DNA of 63,829 nucleotides, the filler included, from Lenisia limosa (lineage: Eukaryota; Protista; Breviatea), in the NCBI GenBank assembly GCA_001655205.1. It is 16 parts of 16 records of this genome, joined end to end, with 100 filler letters (N's around TTAATTAATTAA, not from the genome) between each part and the next. Parts side by side here need not be neighbours in the genome. Positions count along the whole stretch, not along the records: positions 26,606 to 32,892 come from LPNZ01008693.1; positions 32,993 to 39,966 come from LPNZ01003360.1; positions 40,067 to 42,205 come from LPNZ01008642.1; positions 42,306 to 54,580 come from LPNZ01006474.1; 12 more parts are not named here. The stretch is one strand, 5' to 3'. A model generated the notes under the pieces. It was not told where the DNA came from. It saw nothing but the letters and a program-made list of their open reading frames with translations, and searched no databases. Positions 29,591 through 42,331 of this stretch are shown here, piece after piece. The position numbers and the translations under genes are program-made. The stretch's first letter is position 1, and every line of letters begins with the position of its first letter.

Positions 29591-29829
29591 AATATACTAC
29601 TACAGACTCCAGCTATCAGAGTCATTGAATTTCAATGAAGAGAAGAAAATGAATCATAGTTTTCAAAAAAGCGTCGTGGTCGGCCTCGAAAAGTTTGAGG
29701 TTTCAAAATCCTATGACTTTTAGACTGGATATCTCTATGAAGATTATGCCAGGTTCTTAAAAACCTCCGTTCAACCTCGGGCTCAGGAGTCCTCAATTTG
29801 GTTTGACAACTGTTTCACTTTTTTATCTT

Positions 29830-30900
29830 TAGTCTTATTGAAGGTGAAGCACGTGATGGATACCGTGCCACAAAGAAGAAGGTATTCCCCAAAGCAAGAA
29901 CTTAGGTTGTAGATTCGCAGCAGCGTTGAATTTCGGGTTGCATTGAAGTCCAGCCAGATCTCTTTCGGAGGTGGTGAAACTGTATGGAAAGAGCTTAACA
30001 AGTGGAACAAAGCAAGTTTGAACCCTTTGAAATTTCAAATGTTAGTTGAATTATATGATTTCAAATGATGGCACACAAGGTACGGTTGAATAGTGTAATT
30101 TCAAGTTTATATTTTAGAAAATGCAGTCGGATGACTACATTTGCCTACTCGGCACATTCAAGGGGAAAGAAGATGAGGGATTTGTTAGGAAGTGCTATTC
30201 GCATTTTATGGAAAAAATTGACAGATAATGGAGTGATTAATGCTGCTGGAGAACCACAAAGCACTAGCTGATGATCGGCTAAATCCAAATACTGAATTTG
30301 AATTGAATCAGGATTCGAACCCGAGAGCTGTGTATGGATTTAATTGATCTTAACTTTCAATCTAGGAGGCCTCCTATTATTTCCCACTCAGCAGGTACAT
30401 GCTTGACACTTTGCACTTTTGCCTTCGGACATCTGACGAAGTCGTGGAAGGTATTTTTTGCTCGTATGTAATGTTGACATTCAGCAATAATATCACAAGT
30501 AGATGCCCTTGGCGCCTATGTTAGGTTTAATTCTAACTTAACATCCATTGGTCATGCCAATGCGCATATTTGGAAGAGGTTTGACTAGTTTATTGTGACG
30601 TCTTTAGGAAGGAAGGAGGGTATGATTTCCTAAGTCTATATGAGAGAGACAGGATTGGGTTATTTGAAGATATTGACTTGGTTCAGTTCACAAAAAGTGA
30701 AACTACAAACGTTAATCAAGGTGATTAGGTTTGTGCGCTGTCACATTTAAGGATAGTAGCAGCGACCTGAACAGACAATGTCCCAATTCAGCCAAACGCT
30801 CAAAAATTTGCCGAGGTATTGATAATGCTTGGGCAGAAGCCAAAGGCAGAAGCCAAAGACATATACCGTTCGTTACCTCCCCATTGGCTGATTATTTTAG
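29830..30900 (+). pseudogene. Possible RAG1/Transib-like DDE transposase relic
   Basis: One frame from 30061 reads SNDGTQGTVE*CNFKFIF*KMQSDDYICLLGTFKGKEDEGFVRKCYSHFMEKIDR*. From 30331: CMDL..YMLDTLHF, then after a 1-nt shift in a T-run CLRTSDEVV. The order DG / l..f.GkE / D.LH..LR recalls RAG1-like transposases (from memory, not searched). Confidence 0.35.
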
Positions 30901-31091
30901 CATGATGCAATTTTCCTCTATCTGTGATTTTTTTGAAATATTCGGAAAATTTTGCTCAAAATATGGCATATAACTAAGAGAATTGTCATAACACTCTTGT
31001 TGCTAACAGAAATGACAATAACTTTTATTTGTTGAGACAATAATTAATGAAAATACGTTTAATAAAACAAATAATAGTGATGTAATCATAT

Positions 31092-31740
31092 TTGGAAAGA
31101 AGTAATGTTAATCAAGATATATTTATTGCCAACCATTCGACTCGAATTACTAATTTAGAAACAAATGACTTAACTAATGATGGTCGAATAACTGTTTTGG
31201 AGAGTGCACCTGGAACGGATATAAGTGGTGTTGAAACACGGTTAGATAATGTTGAAGGAACAAGCAACGCCCAACACCGGAGCTATTACAAACATCAATA
31301 CAACTTTAGGTACTCATACTACATCAATTTCAAATATCAATACTACAATTAATCCTTACGCTTCACATTTTAGTGTTATAAAGGAGAGAATAAATAATAT
31401 GATCTCATTTCAAGGGGTTGTTGGAATGAGTGCTCATCAGAATCACATTACAAGTGTTAGTGCAATTCCTGATGGAGTTACAAGTGTATCAATCCCTTTG
31501 AATTGTACTGGATAACCAATTTTGTCGAAGTAAGTAAAAACAAAGATGACTATTAAAAGACTGTACCTTCCTAGCTCAGATTAATTTGTCTTTTAATAAT
31601 ACTGTTAATGAAGGTGATCCTGACAGCTTTAACGTTGCTTTAGCTGTTAACGGGGTTGATAGTTAGTATCACACAGTAAGATCTGAAACAATGCCTACAA
31701 CGTTTACAATAAATTCTATTATAGGCGTGTTATGGTTGAT
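31092..31740 (+). pseudogene. Virus-fibre-like protein relic (trimeric coiled-coil stalk plus beta-rich head)
   Basis: HSTRITNLETNDLTNDGRITVLES..SGVETRLDNVEGT /frameshift/ GAITNINTTLGTHTTSISNINTTI, then CTFLAQINLSFNNTVNEGDPDSFNVALAVNGVDS*; AT-rich, intronless, with stops and a frameshift. Confidence 0.5.
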
Positions 31741-33015
31741 TTTATGCCTCTATATAAAAAAAGATAAAAGTCACAATAATTAATGCCCATACCCTTATAC
31801 GTACGATTACTCACAATAAGGTTACAGGCACTTTTAGTAAGACGTTATTTTGACTGCTTACAATGCAGATTTTCAAAGATGAAATCGACTGGTAATACTT
31901 CCTTTGGAGACTGTTTGATTGATTTTCAATCATCATTTTTAGCTTATTGCGAGCCTATCTTGACCATTTCGCTTGAAAAGCATACCAAACGATAGCTACG
32001 AGTTATAGAAAGTTGTTTCCGCTATGTAAACTCCCAAAGATATCAATACAATACTGATTTTTGGAATTTTCCGTTGTTTTTCCATATAAGGCAAGTCCTT
32101 TCGGTAGTGACATAAATTTTTACAGGAAAGCGTTGATTATTATCTGCAGCTTGCTTGTTTAGCCTTGGATTCCACTAAATTTACTTCAGTCGTTTATAAT
32201 GGCTCCTAACTTTTCGTCGGAAAAAGGAATGTAATTCATCCCAAATGTTGTGCGTGGAAAAATAATTTTTTGAAAAACTCAAAACAACCCAGAATTTGAA
32301 TGTGGTATGAAAAAAGGGCAAAAAATAGGTTTCTCCGGCTTTCATAAAAAAACAATTAATGACCTAATTACAATTTTCCTGTCATATCAGCTTCGGAGGT
32401 CAGTGTGACACCAGATTTGCCCAATTTTGTATCAAGTAGATATCATGCATGCTCAGTGTTCAAATCTGGACATTGTGCAGGCCAAATCATCAGTTCATAT
32501 TGAGCATTGTCAAAAATATATTTTTTACACAGCTAAACAGTTAGAATACGGAATTAAAAGGCGGATGAAAAGTGGCAAAGATATAAAATACACGCTTACT
32601 TTTGCCGTGTGCTTTGGGTCGTTATCCTGTTGAAACATTGATTTTTTAATTGGCACATGCTAAACTGCAAATTTCAACTTTTATGAAACCCATCTTTTTG
32701 ATATATTACGTCCGAAATAGTTCATAAAATGTTCAAGATACAGTCTCAAAACACTTTCAGGACTTATAACATAAAAATGCTCTGGAATACCAGGAAGTGT
32801 TTGGTACAAATAACGATTTCGTTTAACGTGCAGTTAGAAACTGTGGAAAATCATCAAATTTAGCCGTTTTTTTTTAAGATAAACTTGCCTAANNNNNNNN
32901 NNNNNNNNNNNNNNNNNNNNNNNNNNNNNNNNNNNNTTAATTAATTAANNNNNNNNNNNNNNNNNNNNNNNNNNNNNNNNNNNNNNNNNNNNTTAAGAAG
33001 CACATTATTCTGCAG

Positions 33016-36000
33016 AATCGACGAAGTGGCGAGAGAGATAGGAGAGATCATTGTACAGGATAAGGTTGAAGCTGATACAAAGATAATCACACTATTTAGT
33101 ATGATACCATAATCCAATATCTCTTACAAGTGTGATGGTGTGGACGGCTTCTGCTGGATTCTTATTTCTCATCTCAATATGATATAATAAATGATAAATC
33201 ACTCAGGTCACGTGCTCCGCAAATGGAAACATGACGGCGAAGAAGAAGGACAGTTTGATTCGGGTAGGGTTTTGGTTAACATGCTGCACTCTTATTGAAT
33301 CTTTGAACTTTAAAATATAATATATACATAGTTTAATATGTCACACTACAATAAACATAATATGAAATAGTAGGGGAGGTGGTGTGTTATCATGAGATGT
33401 GCTCTCTTACTTCTATTGAGGGAGAAGAAAATACCCCTCTTCACAGAGTGGTGTTTTTTTGAAAGCCGGGAAATGTCTTAGATTGACCCTCTTTCTTGTT
33501 ATTTAGAACAGCATCCGTTCAATCGTCGGATCTTTATGCTCACAGTTTCAATAGAGACTTAACTGCAAAAAATCAGTCTGACCACCTGCAGATCGACAAC
33601 GAAGAGACCAATTCCAATCATATGGACCTCGATCATGCCGTTCCAAAGCTAATGGNNNNNNNNNNNNNNNNNNNNNNNNNNNNNNNNNNNNNNNNNNNNN
33701 NNNNNNNNNNNNNNNNNNNNNNNNNNNNNNNNNNNNNNNNNNNNNNNNNNNNNNNNNNNNNNNNNNNNNNNNNNNNNNNNNNNNNNNNTAGTTTGTGATG
33801 TTGAATTGATTGTTTCTCATTAACATTGTGTTTAATCAATTCAAATTGCAAATTATGTTTTATTGTGTAATCCTCATCAACTCCACAATGTGATATGGTA
33901 TATTTTATCAACGTGTCTATTTTTGTTGTACTTGAATATTTTGCATTGAATCACCACCAGGGATCCTCACAACCGCTCCTCGACCACGTGGTGTTCTGTC
34001 ATCAAGAGTCTAGCTGTTGGCCCCTAAGTAACAGTGGTGACCTTAAGAAGATCTTCGATTCAATCCTCGAAGTATCAAGGTGGGTGAGGTGGGAAGGAGC
34101 CTTGGTGAGGTTGAGGTGGGAAGGAGTCTTGGTGAGGTTGAGGTGGGAAGGAGCCCTGGTGAGGTTGACGTGGGAAGGAGCCTTGGTGAGGTTGAGGTGG
34201 GAAGGAGCCTTGGTGGATTTTTATAGCTTCACTTCGGTCCGACGAGGTAGGAATATCAAGAAAATTCGTACCTCGTTGGACCGAGAGAACATAACAATTC
34301 TCTGGGGTGGCAATTTACCTGGGATAACACGCATAAAGCTGTGTGTATGTAAGGCAAATGATTGGGTGAATTATTAAATTCAGTATTTCAATAATCGTGA
34401 TGGTGTGGACGGTTTCTGCCGGATACAACCTAATTGTTTTTTTATTTTTCATTGCGATATATGTAGTTGCCTAATTTCGTAGATATGCCGATTGCCTGAA
34501 GGAGCTAGATAACCAAGCCAAACTATTGAGGGGACAGCTCAAAGACCTTGAGGTCGAGAAAGCGGCACGAGGTGAACGCCGAGTTCAGGCCAAAGATGTG
34601 GGAGGGGTGGTGGGGTACAGTGTTAAAGATGTGTGTGTGAGTGGGGGGATCAGGTTCAATACCTGGGAGATGGGCGGCAGTGAAATTGGAAATTTATGAA
34701 ACAAAAAAGCCCAAAATCAGGGGGATTAGGTTTAAAATTTGGTGTGTATAATTCAATAGAGAACCAGAAACTGGATATGAAATGTTGACATTGTAGAATG
34801 AGGACAAGATCAAAGAAATTTCGATCAAAATGGAGGAAATGTCAAAGAGCAATACGGGGCTTGAAGAGGTTTGTAGTTTTTACAATAATGATGAGGGGGA
34901 TTGAAGGTCTTTTTTTATTACTATTTCATGTGGAAGATTGCATTATCCACACTACAATAGTGTCCGTTTTTACTTCGTTATTCTAGATAGCTTTGACTAA
35001 ATACCCTATTTATAACTTTTTTTTTCATGTGCCCCCTCCCAGGATCACATATAATTACATACCCACCACCACCACTGCAAATTCACCACCACTGCAAATT
35101 AAAATATTCCTTATTTACGCAACTGGTCTGGCTTTGTTTTTTTTTTTGTTGTTGTTATCAACCCTCCTTTGCTCTCAGCCAACANNNNNNNNNNNNNNNN
35201 NNNNNNNNNNNNNNNNNNNNNNNNNNNNNNNNNNNNNNNNNNNNNNNNNNNNNNNNNNNNNNNNNNNNNNNNNNNTATCACCCCCTCCCCCCCAGGACCA
35301 TGCTTCTATCCAGACAGATATTGACGTCCTCCTTGAGACCAAGCGAAAAGTCGAAAGACAGACGGAAATATTTGAAGCAGCCTCGCGCGCACACGACGAC
35401 GCCAAACGTTTGTCGGGGTATTATTGGGATTTGGGATTAGTGAGACTATAATAATGTGATAAAAGTTGGGTTTTGAAGGGGAATAGAATAGGAATGCGTG
35501 TAGTGTGTCGTTAGTAGGGTAGGGATGGAATCTTGATACTAGAATGACTGTACTTATCCTTGCACTATCATGCATAGGATTTGATTTCAATCATAGTCTA
35601 AAATGTTATCGCCTGATCGCTTGTAAAATTATTTCTTCATAGTCTTTATAAATGCTCCTGCGCCAAAACCCTATCATTTTTGGGATATCCCGTCATTTAT
35701 GAATTTTTGGAGAAATACTCTTGAAGCACGATTTATGGCTGTGCTTTACGTTATAAAGGTATTAAATAAGCGATACAGGTAAACTACTCTTATAAAAACT
35801 ACAAATTAACAAAGATAAATTTACAATGTATTTTTTTAAAACAAAATTTAGCTCTTTTTGTTCTTTCAAGGTGCCCTTTTCTATTTCTGTTTGTCTTGAA
35901 GCTTCATGATTGTCTTGTTTGTGGGAACAAGGATACCTCCTTGATTGTTGCACCAGGCCTCTTGCAGTCAGCCTTCAGTTCATCAGTCTTTGCGATGATC

Positions 36001-39000
36001 TTGGAAAATGAAATACCATATTACAACAAACCTGTCCCTGATGGATCACGGCAACTTCCTCCCCCTTTTCCAAAACGAAAAACTTGACCGGCTGTAACAC
36101 CAAATCAGAAGCGGGTCCAGTTGATGAAACTGAGTGTAAAGCACCATCAGATATTGCTCTAAAGTCAAAAATTTAACAAATTACCGAGATATTAAAGGTA
36201 GCTTGGTAACCAATGAGGGATCCCTATGTTGTACGATTGCAAGCTGCAGCAGCAGCACCTTGTAGGTAATGTGAAGTTGCTTCATCAACTGTTTCAAGAC
36301 GTTCATCACATTGTAACATTAATTTGGCCTGGCTTCCAATTGCTTGGTCAGTCGCAAGATCATCACTAGATTCCAAAAGCTGATCTGACCTTCTGAAGTC
36401 CACAGTTTGGGACATAAAGGGCTTTTCTAAATATGTGGGTTTACCAGGAACAGGAAGGATATTTCAGAGCACTGGCAGCATCCTTTTCTTGCATATCTCT
36501 GCAACAAATTAAAAATGGAGTCATACCCACCTTCTTGAATTAACAGTGAAATACTTATTAAGCTCAAGCTGTTGCTTATAGTTAACCTTGGCATGATAGA
36601 AGCTGTCAGCAACCTACAAATAATGAATGATTTAGGATAAATACAGCAAACCTGAAGCGGGAATTATTTGAAATGAAACAGTATTGCTCTAAACACCCTC
36701 AAACTGTTTCGTCCAAGCGGGGTAATGTTGGAGCAGACTTCCAAGGCACTAGATATCTTTTGTTTTTCAAAAAAAAAGCAGCAAACAGTAGCTTGAGACC
36801 TCTTCTTCTTGATGGTGCAAAAAATAAAACGACAACAAAAATTACAACTTTTAGAACGTTAAAAAGAGGCGTTAAAAGAAAAAAATAATCCTGTGAAAAG
36901 TGGGTGAGCTGAACTAGTTGGTGACGTCATCACTTTTTTTAATATTGTTTTTTTTTGCTAATTTAGTTTTCTGCTGGTTAGAATTTGATAATAAAGGATG
37001 CTTGAGGAGATATGATGCCATTAATTCATAAATGACGGGATATCCCAAAAATGACGGGGTTTTGGCAGGAGCAAATGCACAATCTCAGACTATGCTTGTT
37101 TCTGCATTATTCATCTTGTTGTGACAAACTATCTTTCTGTTTTTCAATCATATTTATATTTTAATATAAAAATACCCAATCATTCTGCTCTTCACTCCTA
37201 GTAATGTTATTATAAACACTCACTCCTCAGACAAGTTACTAATATGTAATCAACATTCACTTTGTTTCCCCCAATTTCACTTCCTCAAACTACGTATTTC
37301 CCAATTTCACTTCCTCAAACTACGTATTTNNNNNNNNNNNNNNNNNNNNNNNNNNNNNNNNNNNNNNNNNNNNNNNNNNNNNNNNNNNNNNNNNNNNNNN
37401 NNNNNNNNNNNNNNNNNNNNNNNNNNNNNNNNNNNNNNNNNNNNNNNNNNNNNNNNNNNNNNNNNNNNNNNNNNNNNNNNNNNNNNNNNNNNNNNNNNNN
37501 NNNNNNNNNNNNNNNNNNNNNNNNNNNNNNNNNNNNNNNNNNNNAGCCAACAGAGCTAACTCAGATTGTCTTATATTTGTCGATTTTCACACCTCAGAGC
37601 CCGACCACGAGCTTGTCACCCGCCTGCGAGCCATCGAGAACAATATCAAAGATGTTGCTAGGTGATAAGGGGAGCGATAGATGTTGCTTGAGACTGATTG
37701 TTGATGGTACTGCATTTAAGCGCGGTAGTTTTAAAGTATGTTATTCGTCTTGTTTTCTTCCTGTCTTCCTATTCCTCCCTCCACGATCTCTAATATTCCA
37801 AGTTATCTTTGTATAATCCCGGTTTTGTTACTCTCTTTTATCATTAATTCAAAAGCAAATCAATTGCATGGAGCCCCAATAATTGCAATGTAGCGAGTTG
37901 GAAGCAGCGGTGGAGGTTGACGGCAAAGTGGAGGAGGGAATTGCTGACCATGAAGACAAGAAGCAGAAGTGTCTCAGTAAAATGGCCAAGTACTCTCTTG
38001 CTATCGAGGTCGGTTCTGGGTGTTGTGGGTATTATAATCAAGAAAAAAACAAAGCAAAAAAATTCATATTATCCAAAATCAAGAACTGAATATAAGCCAA
38101 GAATTCAATCTATGATACCAAAATCCAAAATAGATTGTAAGAGTGACCGCATCCAGACGAGGCAAAAGCGAATTGAAGAGCGAGACGCTATGCACAACGA
38201 CTTCCTCACAGACGTCGACAAAAGAGGCTTTGACGCTATTAACGTGCTGTAAGAGGCTATATGAGGAAGGGGACATGAATGAACCTTATTACGAAATGTT
38301 TTTGGGGGGTGCTTTAATGTTTTACGAGGCGTAAAATCAAATCATAACCGCCACCACAGGCATGAAATCACCCTCACAGACATGAAATTCGGCAGCTGTC
38401 CGCCAAGGAAACAGAGGACCTCAAAATGGCCAACCTGGAGGCGAGACAGGAGCTAGATTCGCATGTGTTAAACTCAGATGTGGGTGATTATAATGATATA
38501 ATATGGGGGAGTGAAATAAGAATCATGACGGCTAATACCTCATTCACACCGCTATTTATACATTCTACCATTTACGTATTACGCACTAATACCCCTCCCC
38601 CTTTTGACCGCACAGCATGAACTTCGGAGTGCCAAGGCTCGCCTTGCTGAACAGACGCGACGAGTGGTTCGGAGGGGTCTACTGGGTCCTATTTATATTT
38701 GGGGGGCTTAGGTGACCTGGATTGAGTCTTTTTTGGGTTTTTTCATTATAATTATTAAACACACAATTTAAGAACACGCCCATTAGATACACCGTTTAAG
38801 AACACGCTCATTAGACACACCGTTTAAGAACACGCCTATTAGACACACTGTTTAAGAACACGCTCATTAGCTAGCCCAATTGAGTCAGTATACTGAGAAA
38901 GAAAGAACAACATAGCAGCATCGCAAACCTCTTGTTTCGCTAGCCAACCTGTTTTTTTATTTTTTATTTTCTGGGGAGGTTTCATTCACAATTACATGTA

Positions 39001-39838
39001 GTAAAATAAAACCTTTCTTTACCAACCAACAGTGGTGCGTAACAACAAAGGACAGGTTTCCAAAGATGCTGAATACAATCAAAAATGTTGAAGGGTATGT
39101 TGTTCAGCAACCCCGCCCGAAAAAGGAGAAGTGATCGATACGTCCTCGACAGGTATCAATGATATTATATTGGACAATTCTGTGCGGGGATACACTTCAT
39201 TCAACCAATGGACTTCGATGTGGAGCTCCGAGCGTTGGATTCCGGAGGATTGCTGAGTTGAGGACTGGGGAGAATTCTGGGGAAAGTGCCCAAATGCTGA
39301 GGAGAAGACACCTTATCACTCGCATACCTCTTGTGAACTCTTAAACCTAATGGTGTCGTCACCTTTCGCCAGCCAAGCTGATTATTTCATTTTCTGGCGA
39401 GGTTTCATATCTTGACGGTGAAGAAAAAAAAATAAAATACAAAAACACCTACACTCTTCAAGATAAGATGCAACCTCCACAATCATTTCTGTGCCAAGTC
39501 AGATTTTGGATTCTTTTTTTCCCGAATTTCCCCCCCACACTTTGAATTTATCTTACTCATTTTGTTATTTGGTGTTTTGCTCTCTTATTGTGTTCTGTAT
39601 TTTGACAACACAGCGAGAACTGAAGAACGAACTGGATCGCCTACGACCCGAGGTAGGGGGAATAGGTATAGAAAGGGCAATAGTGTAAACGTCTTCGTCC
39701 AAATATCCTATTTCTCCGGGGCGTTGACAAAACCAAATTAGAATCTTATTCTGAATTTAATGATTAACTATGCAGCTCCGTGAGCTTGAAAAGGTCAAAG
39801 TCAACTTGGCCCGGTTTGAGAAGAACCTTGAGGATGCG
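33016..39838 (+). CDS. RAD50: RAD50, partial: N-terminal head and coiled coil (exons incl. 33016-33064, 33207-33263, 33592->33653, 33961-34079, 34483-34597, 34797-34868, 35296-~35410, and coiled-coil exons from ~37599 to 39838)
   Basis: LM|GSSQPLLDHVVFCHQESSCWPLSNSGDLKKIFDSILEVSRYADCLKEL matches [47 protein letters not shown]; long heptad exons follow. Confidence 0.85.
34080..34215 (+). repeat. 27-bp tandem repeat (~5 copies) at a RAD50 donor
   Basis: Unit GTGGGAAGGAGCCTTGGTGAGGTTGAG directly after AAG|GTGGGT. Confidence 0.9.
35638..37094. mobile_element. ~1.46-kb TIR DNA-transposon relic in a RAD50 intron
   Basis: Left CATAGTCT..GCTCCTGCGCCAAAACCCTATCATTTTTGGGATATCCCGTCATTTATGAATT and right AATTCATAAATGACGGGATATCCCAAAAATGACGGGGTTTTGGCAGGAGC..AGACTATG are inverted; CTT flanks both ends; broken ORFs inside. 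Confidence 0.8.
38765..38870 (+). repeat. 28-bp tandem repeat x4
   Basis: Unit TTTAAGAACACGC(C/T)CATTAGA(T/C)ACACCG, contiguous with no spacers. Confidence 0.9.
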
Positions 39839-40187
39839 GTGGGCTGAATTGTCTTTTTAATACATTACAGAATTAATTGTTCTTTTTTTTTGTTAATACA
39901 TAGATTCCATTCCCCCCCTCCCCGAACGTTTTTATTCTACACAATCATATCATATCATGTATTATANNNNNNNNNNNNNNNNNNNNNNNNNNNNNNNNNN
40001 NNNNNNNNNNTTAATTAATTAANNNNNNNNNNNNNNNNNNNNNNNNNNNNNNNNNNNNNNNNNNNNCTTCCGTTCGAAAAATACCGGTAAAATATCGACA
40101 GTTTTCGAGGATTTATCGAGAAACTCAGTCTTTTTTTTGAACCGAAGTGAAGCCCTACTAATATAATATATAAGCACCCCCCCCCAC

Positions 40188-41654
40188 TCCTTGCGAAAAC
40201 ATGTCGTTGTATAGGAAGCCAGTGTACATGGAGAAGATGCCCATCATTAGCACCATATAGCGTCCCGTGAAGACCATTTCAACCATCTAAAAAAGGGTGA
40301 ACCAAAAAAAAACCTCAAAAACCTCAAAAGCCTCCAAAAACCGCCGACCTCGTTGAGTTTGCCAGCGCCAAGCTGCTTTTCTTTCGCGATCAGGTAGATC
40401 GCAACGAGGGTCATGATGAACCCGTGGCCTGGGAGGGGGAGGAATGACAATTTGGACAACAACAAAAAAACGCACAATCAACTCTTAGTAATGTTTTTGA
40501 ATCAGGAAAAAAAAAGAGGGAAACAAAACTTTTCAATTATACAATATCAACTTTTTCTCTCTCTCCTCTCTCTTTCTCTCTCTCTCCCCCTTACCAACGT
40601 CACCGAACATGACAGCGAAGAGGAAGGGGAATGTGATGATGCTGAAGGGTGCGGGGTTTACCTCACGGTACGTGGGAATGGCGTACTGCGCGGGGGGGGG
40701 GGGNNNNNNNNNNNNNNNNNNNNNNNNNNNNNNNNNNNNNNNNNNNNNNNNNNNNNNNNNNNNNNNNNNNNNNNNNNNNNNNNNNNNNNNACCTAATAAT
40801 CTGAAACTCTCAACAAAAAACAAAAACAAAAAAAAAATTGGAAAATTCATGAAACTTAACCCCATAATCATCCCTGTTGGGGGAGTAAAGATGGAAACAA
40901 AACCAAACCCAGAATCAACTCTGTTGGCAAAACGGAATTATTACTGTTTTTCTCATTATTATCACTCTAAGAAAGACGAAGAAGAAGAAGAACAAAAGCA
41001 AAAACAACACAAAGAAGAAGAGACGACATTTGCCCCTCCTCATCCACCAACGGAATTAACGATGTTTTGGAAGGGGTGAAGGAACTTGTTGACGGTGAAG
41101 TGGGTGGGAGGGGTGTCGTAGGTCTGAAGCTTCACTGCAGTGGAGGGGACAAGGGCTCCTGATCTCTCCTGAGTGGTCAATGTGCAATGTGAGGCAATGT
41201 GTAACTAATGTGAGGCAGTATAACTAATGGAAGGCAATGTGTAACTAATAGGTCGGGTGGTAAAAATCAAATCTAATGAAATGAAATATCTTGATATCTC
41301 CTGGGTGGTCCATGTGTAACTAATGTGGGGTGAAAGAAGAGCAATTGGTCTAATGTAACTTATATAAGGCACGATGTAACTAATATAAGGCACGATGTAA
41401 CTAATATAAGGGGTTTTGTCACAATAGTAAAAGTCATGGAACTAAATGTCCGTCAACTTTATCCAAGGAGATCTGGCCGAAGCCAACCCCCCCCCCCCTA
41501 ACATTCGCTCTTCTAATTGCTGAAAGGANNNNNNNNNNNNNNNNNNNNNNNNNNNNNNNNNNNNNNNNNNNNNNNNNNNNNNNNNNNNNNNNNNNNNNNN
41601 NNNNNNNNNNNNCCTCCCCAATTAGGCATCTTCGTGACACGTCCACGTTGAATT
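40188..41654 (-). CDS. ATP6V0A: V-type H+-ATPase V0 subunit a, partial (exons 41654-<41613, 41168-41052, 40685-40595, 40428-40349, 40286-40188)
   Basis: [13 protein letters not shown]; [63 protein letters not shown]; [26 protein letters not shown]. Confidence 0.96.
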
Positions 41655-42331
41655 CTGAGTGGAGGCACGGGGTAAATAAAAAGGCATGTTTGTTTTTTTA
41701 AGAAAAATAATAATTGTATAAACTAAGAAAAGGGCAAATACAATATTATACAAGTTCCGATTGGTAAAATTGAAGTTATAGAAAGGAAGCCCCAAAGGGG
41801 GGAGGAAGGATGCATTTGGTAATTAATAGAACGGAATGTAAACGAAACCGGCTGGTTAACCACAGATGTAAATGAAACCGGCTGGTTACCACATATTACA
41901 GCATTTTGTGAGACTGAAGCTTTAAGAGAAATACGACATATAAGAGTGTTAAAGAGAAGACAATAGTGGAACCGCAGTCGATAAATATTCGCCAAATGCA
42001 TCCTTCTGTTATAATCATCACGAGATCAAATCGAGTTATTTTAATTATTTCATACATTTTCTCTGTTATACCCCCCCCCCCTCCCACTGTTCAATTCTAT
42101 GTAAATTGCTCGCTCTTTTGACACCTAAAATAAGGTCAGAGAAGCAAAAAAAAAAGGTCAAAGAGCAAATAAATAAGACCCGAAGACCCATAATGGAGAA
42201 ATATTNNNNNNNNNNNNNNNNNNNNNNNNNNNNNNNNNNNNNNNNNNNNTTAATTAATTAANNNNNNNNNNNNNNNNNNNNNNNNNNNNNNNNNNNNNNN
42301 NNNNNAAGAAGCCCAAAACTCAACGTTTCAC

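Larger units (their letters stand above)
26606..32892. mobile_element. Scaffold of decayed mobile-element or viral DNA
   Basis: No family A/B/C repeats and no host-type exon-intron pattern; many stop- or frameshift-broken ORFs, candidate 31-34 nt introns and AT-rich non-coding blocks (27400-27900, 32240-32892). Confidence 0.6.

Noticed and set aside
38765-38870. CRISPR array
   Set aside because: Contiguous 28-bp units with no unique spacers, inside a eukaryotic intron.
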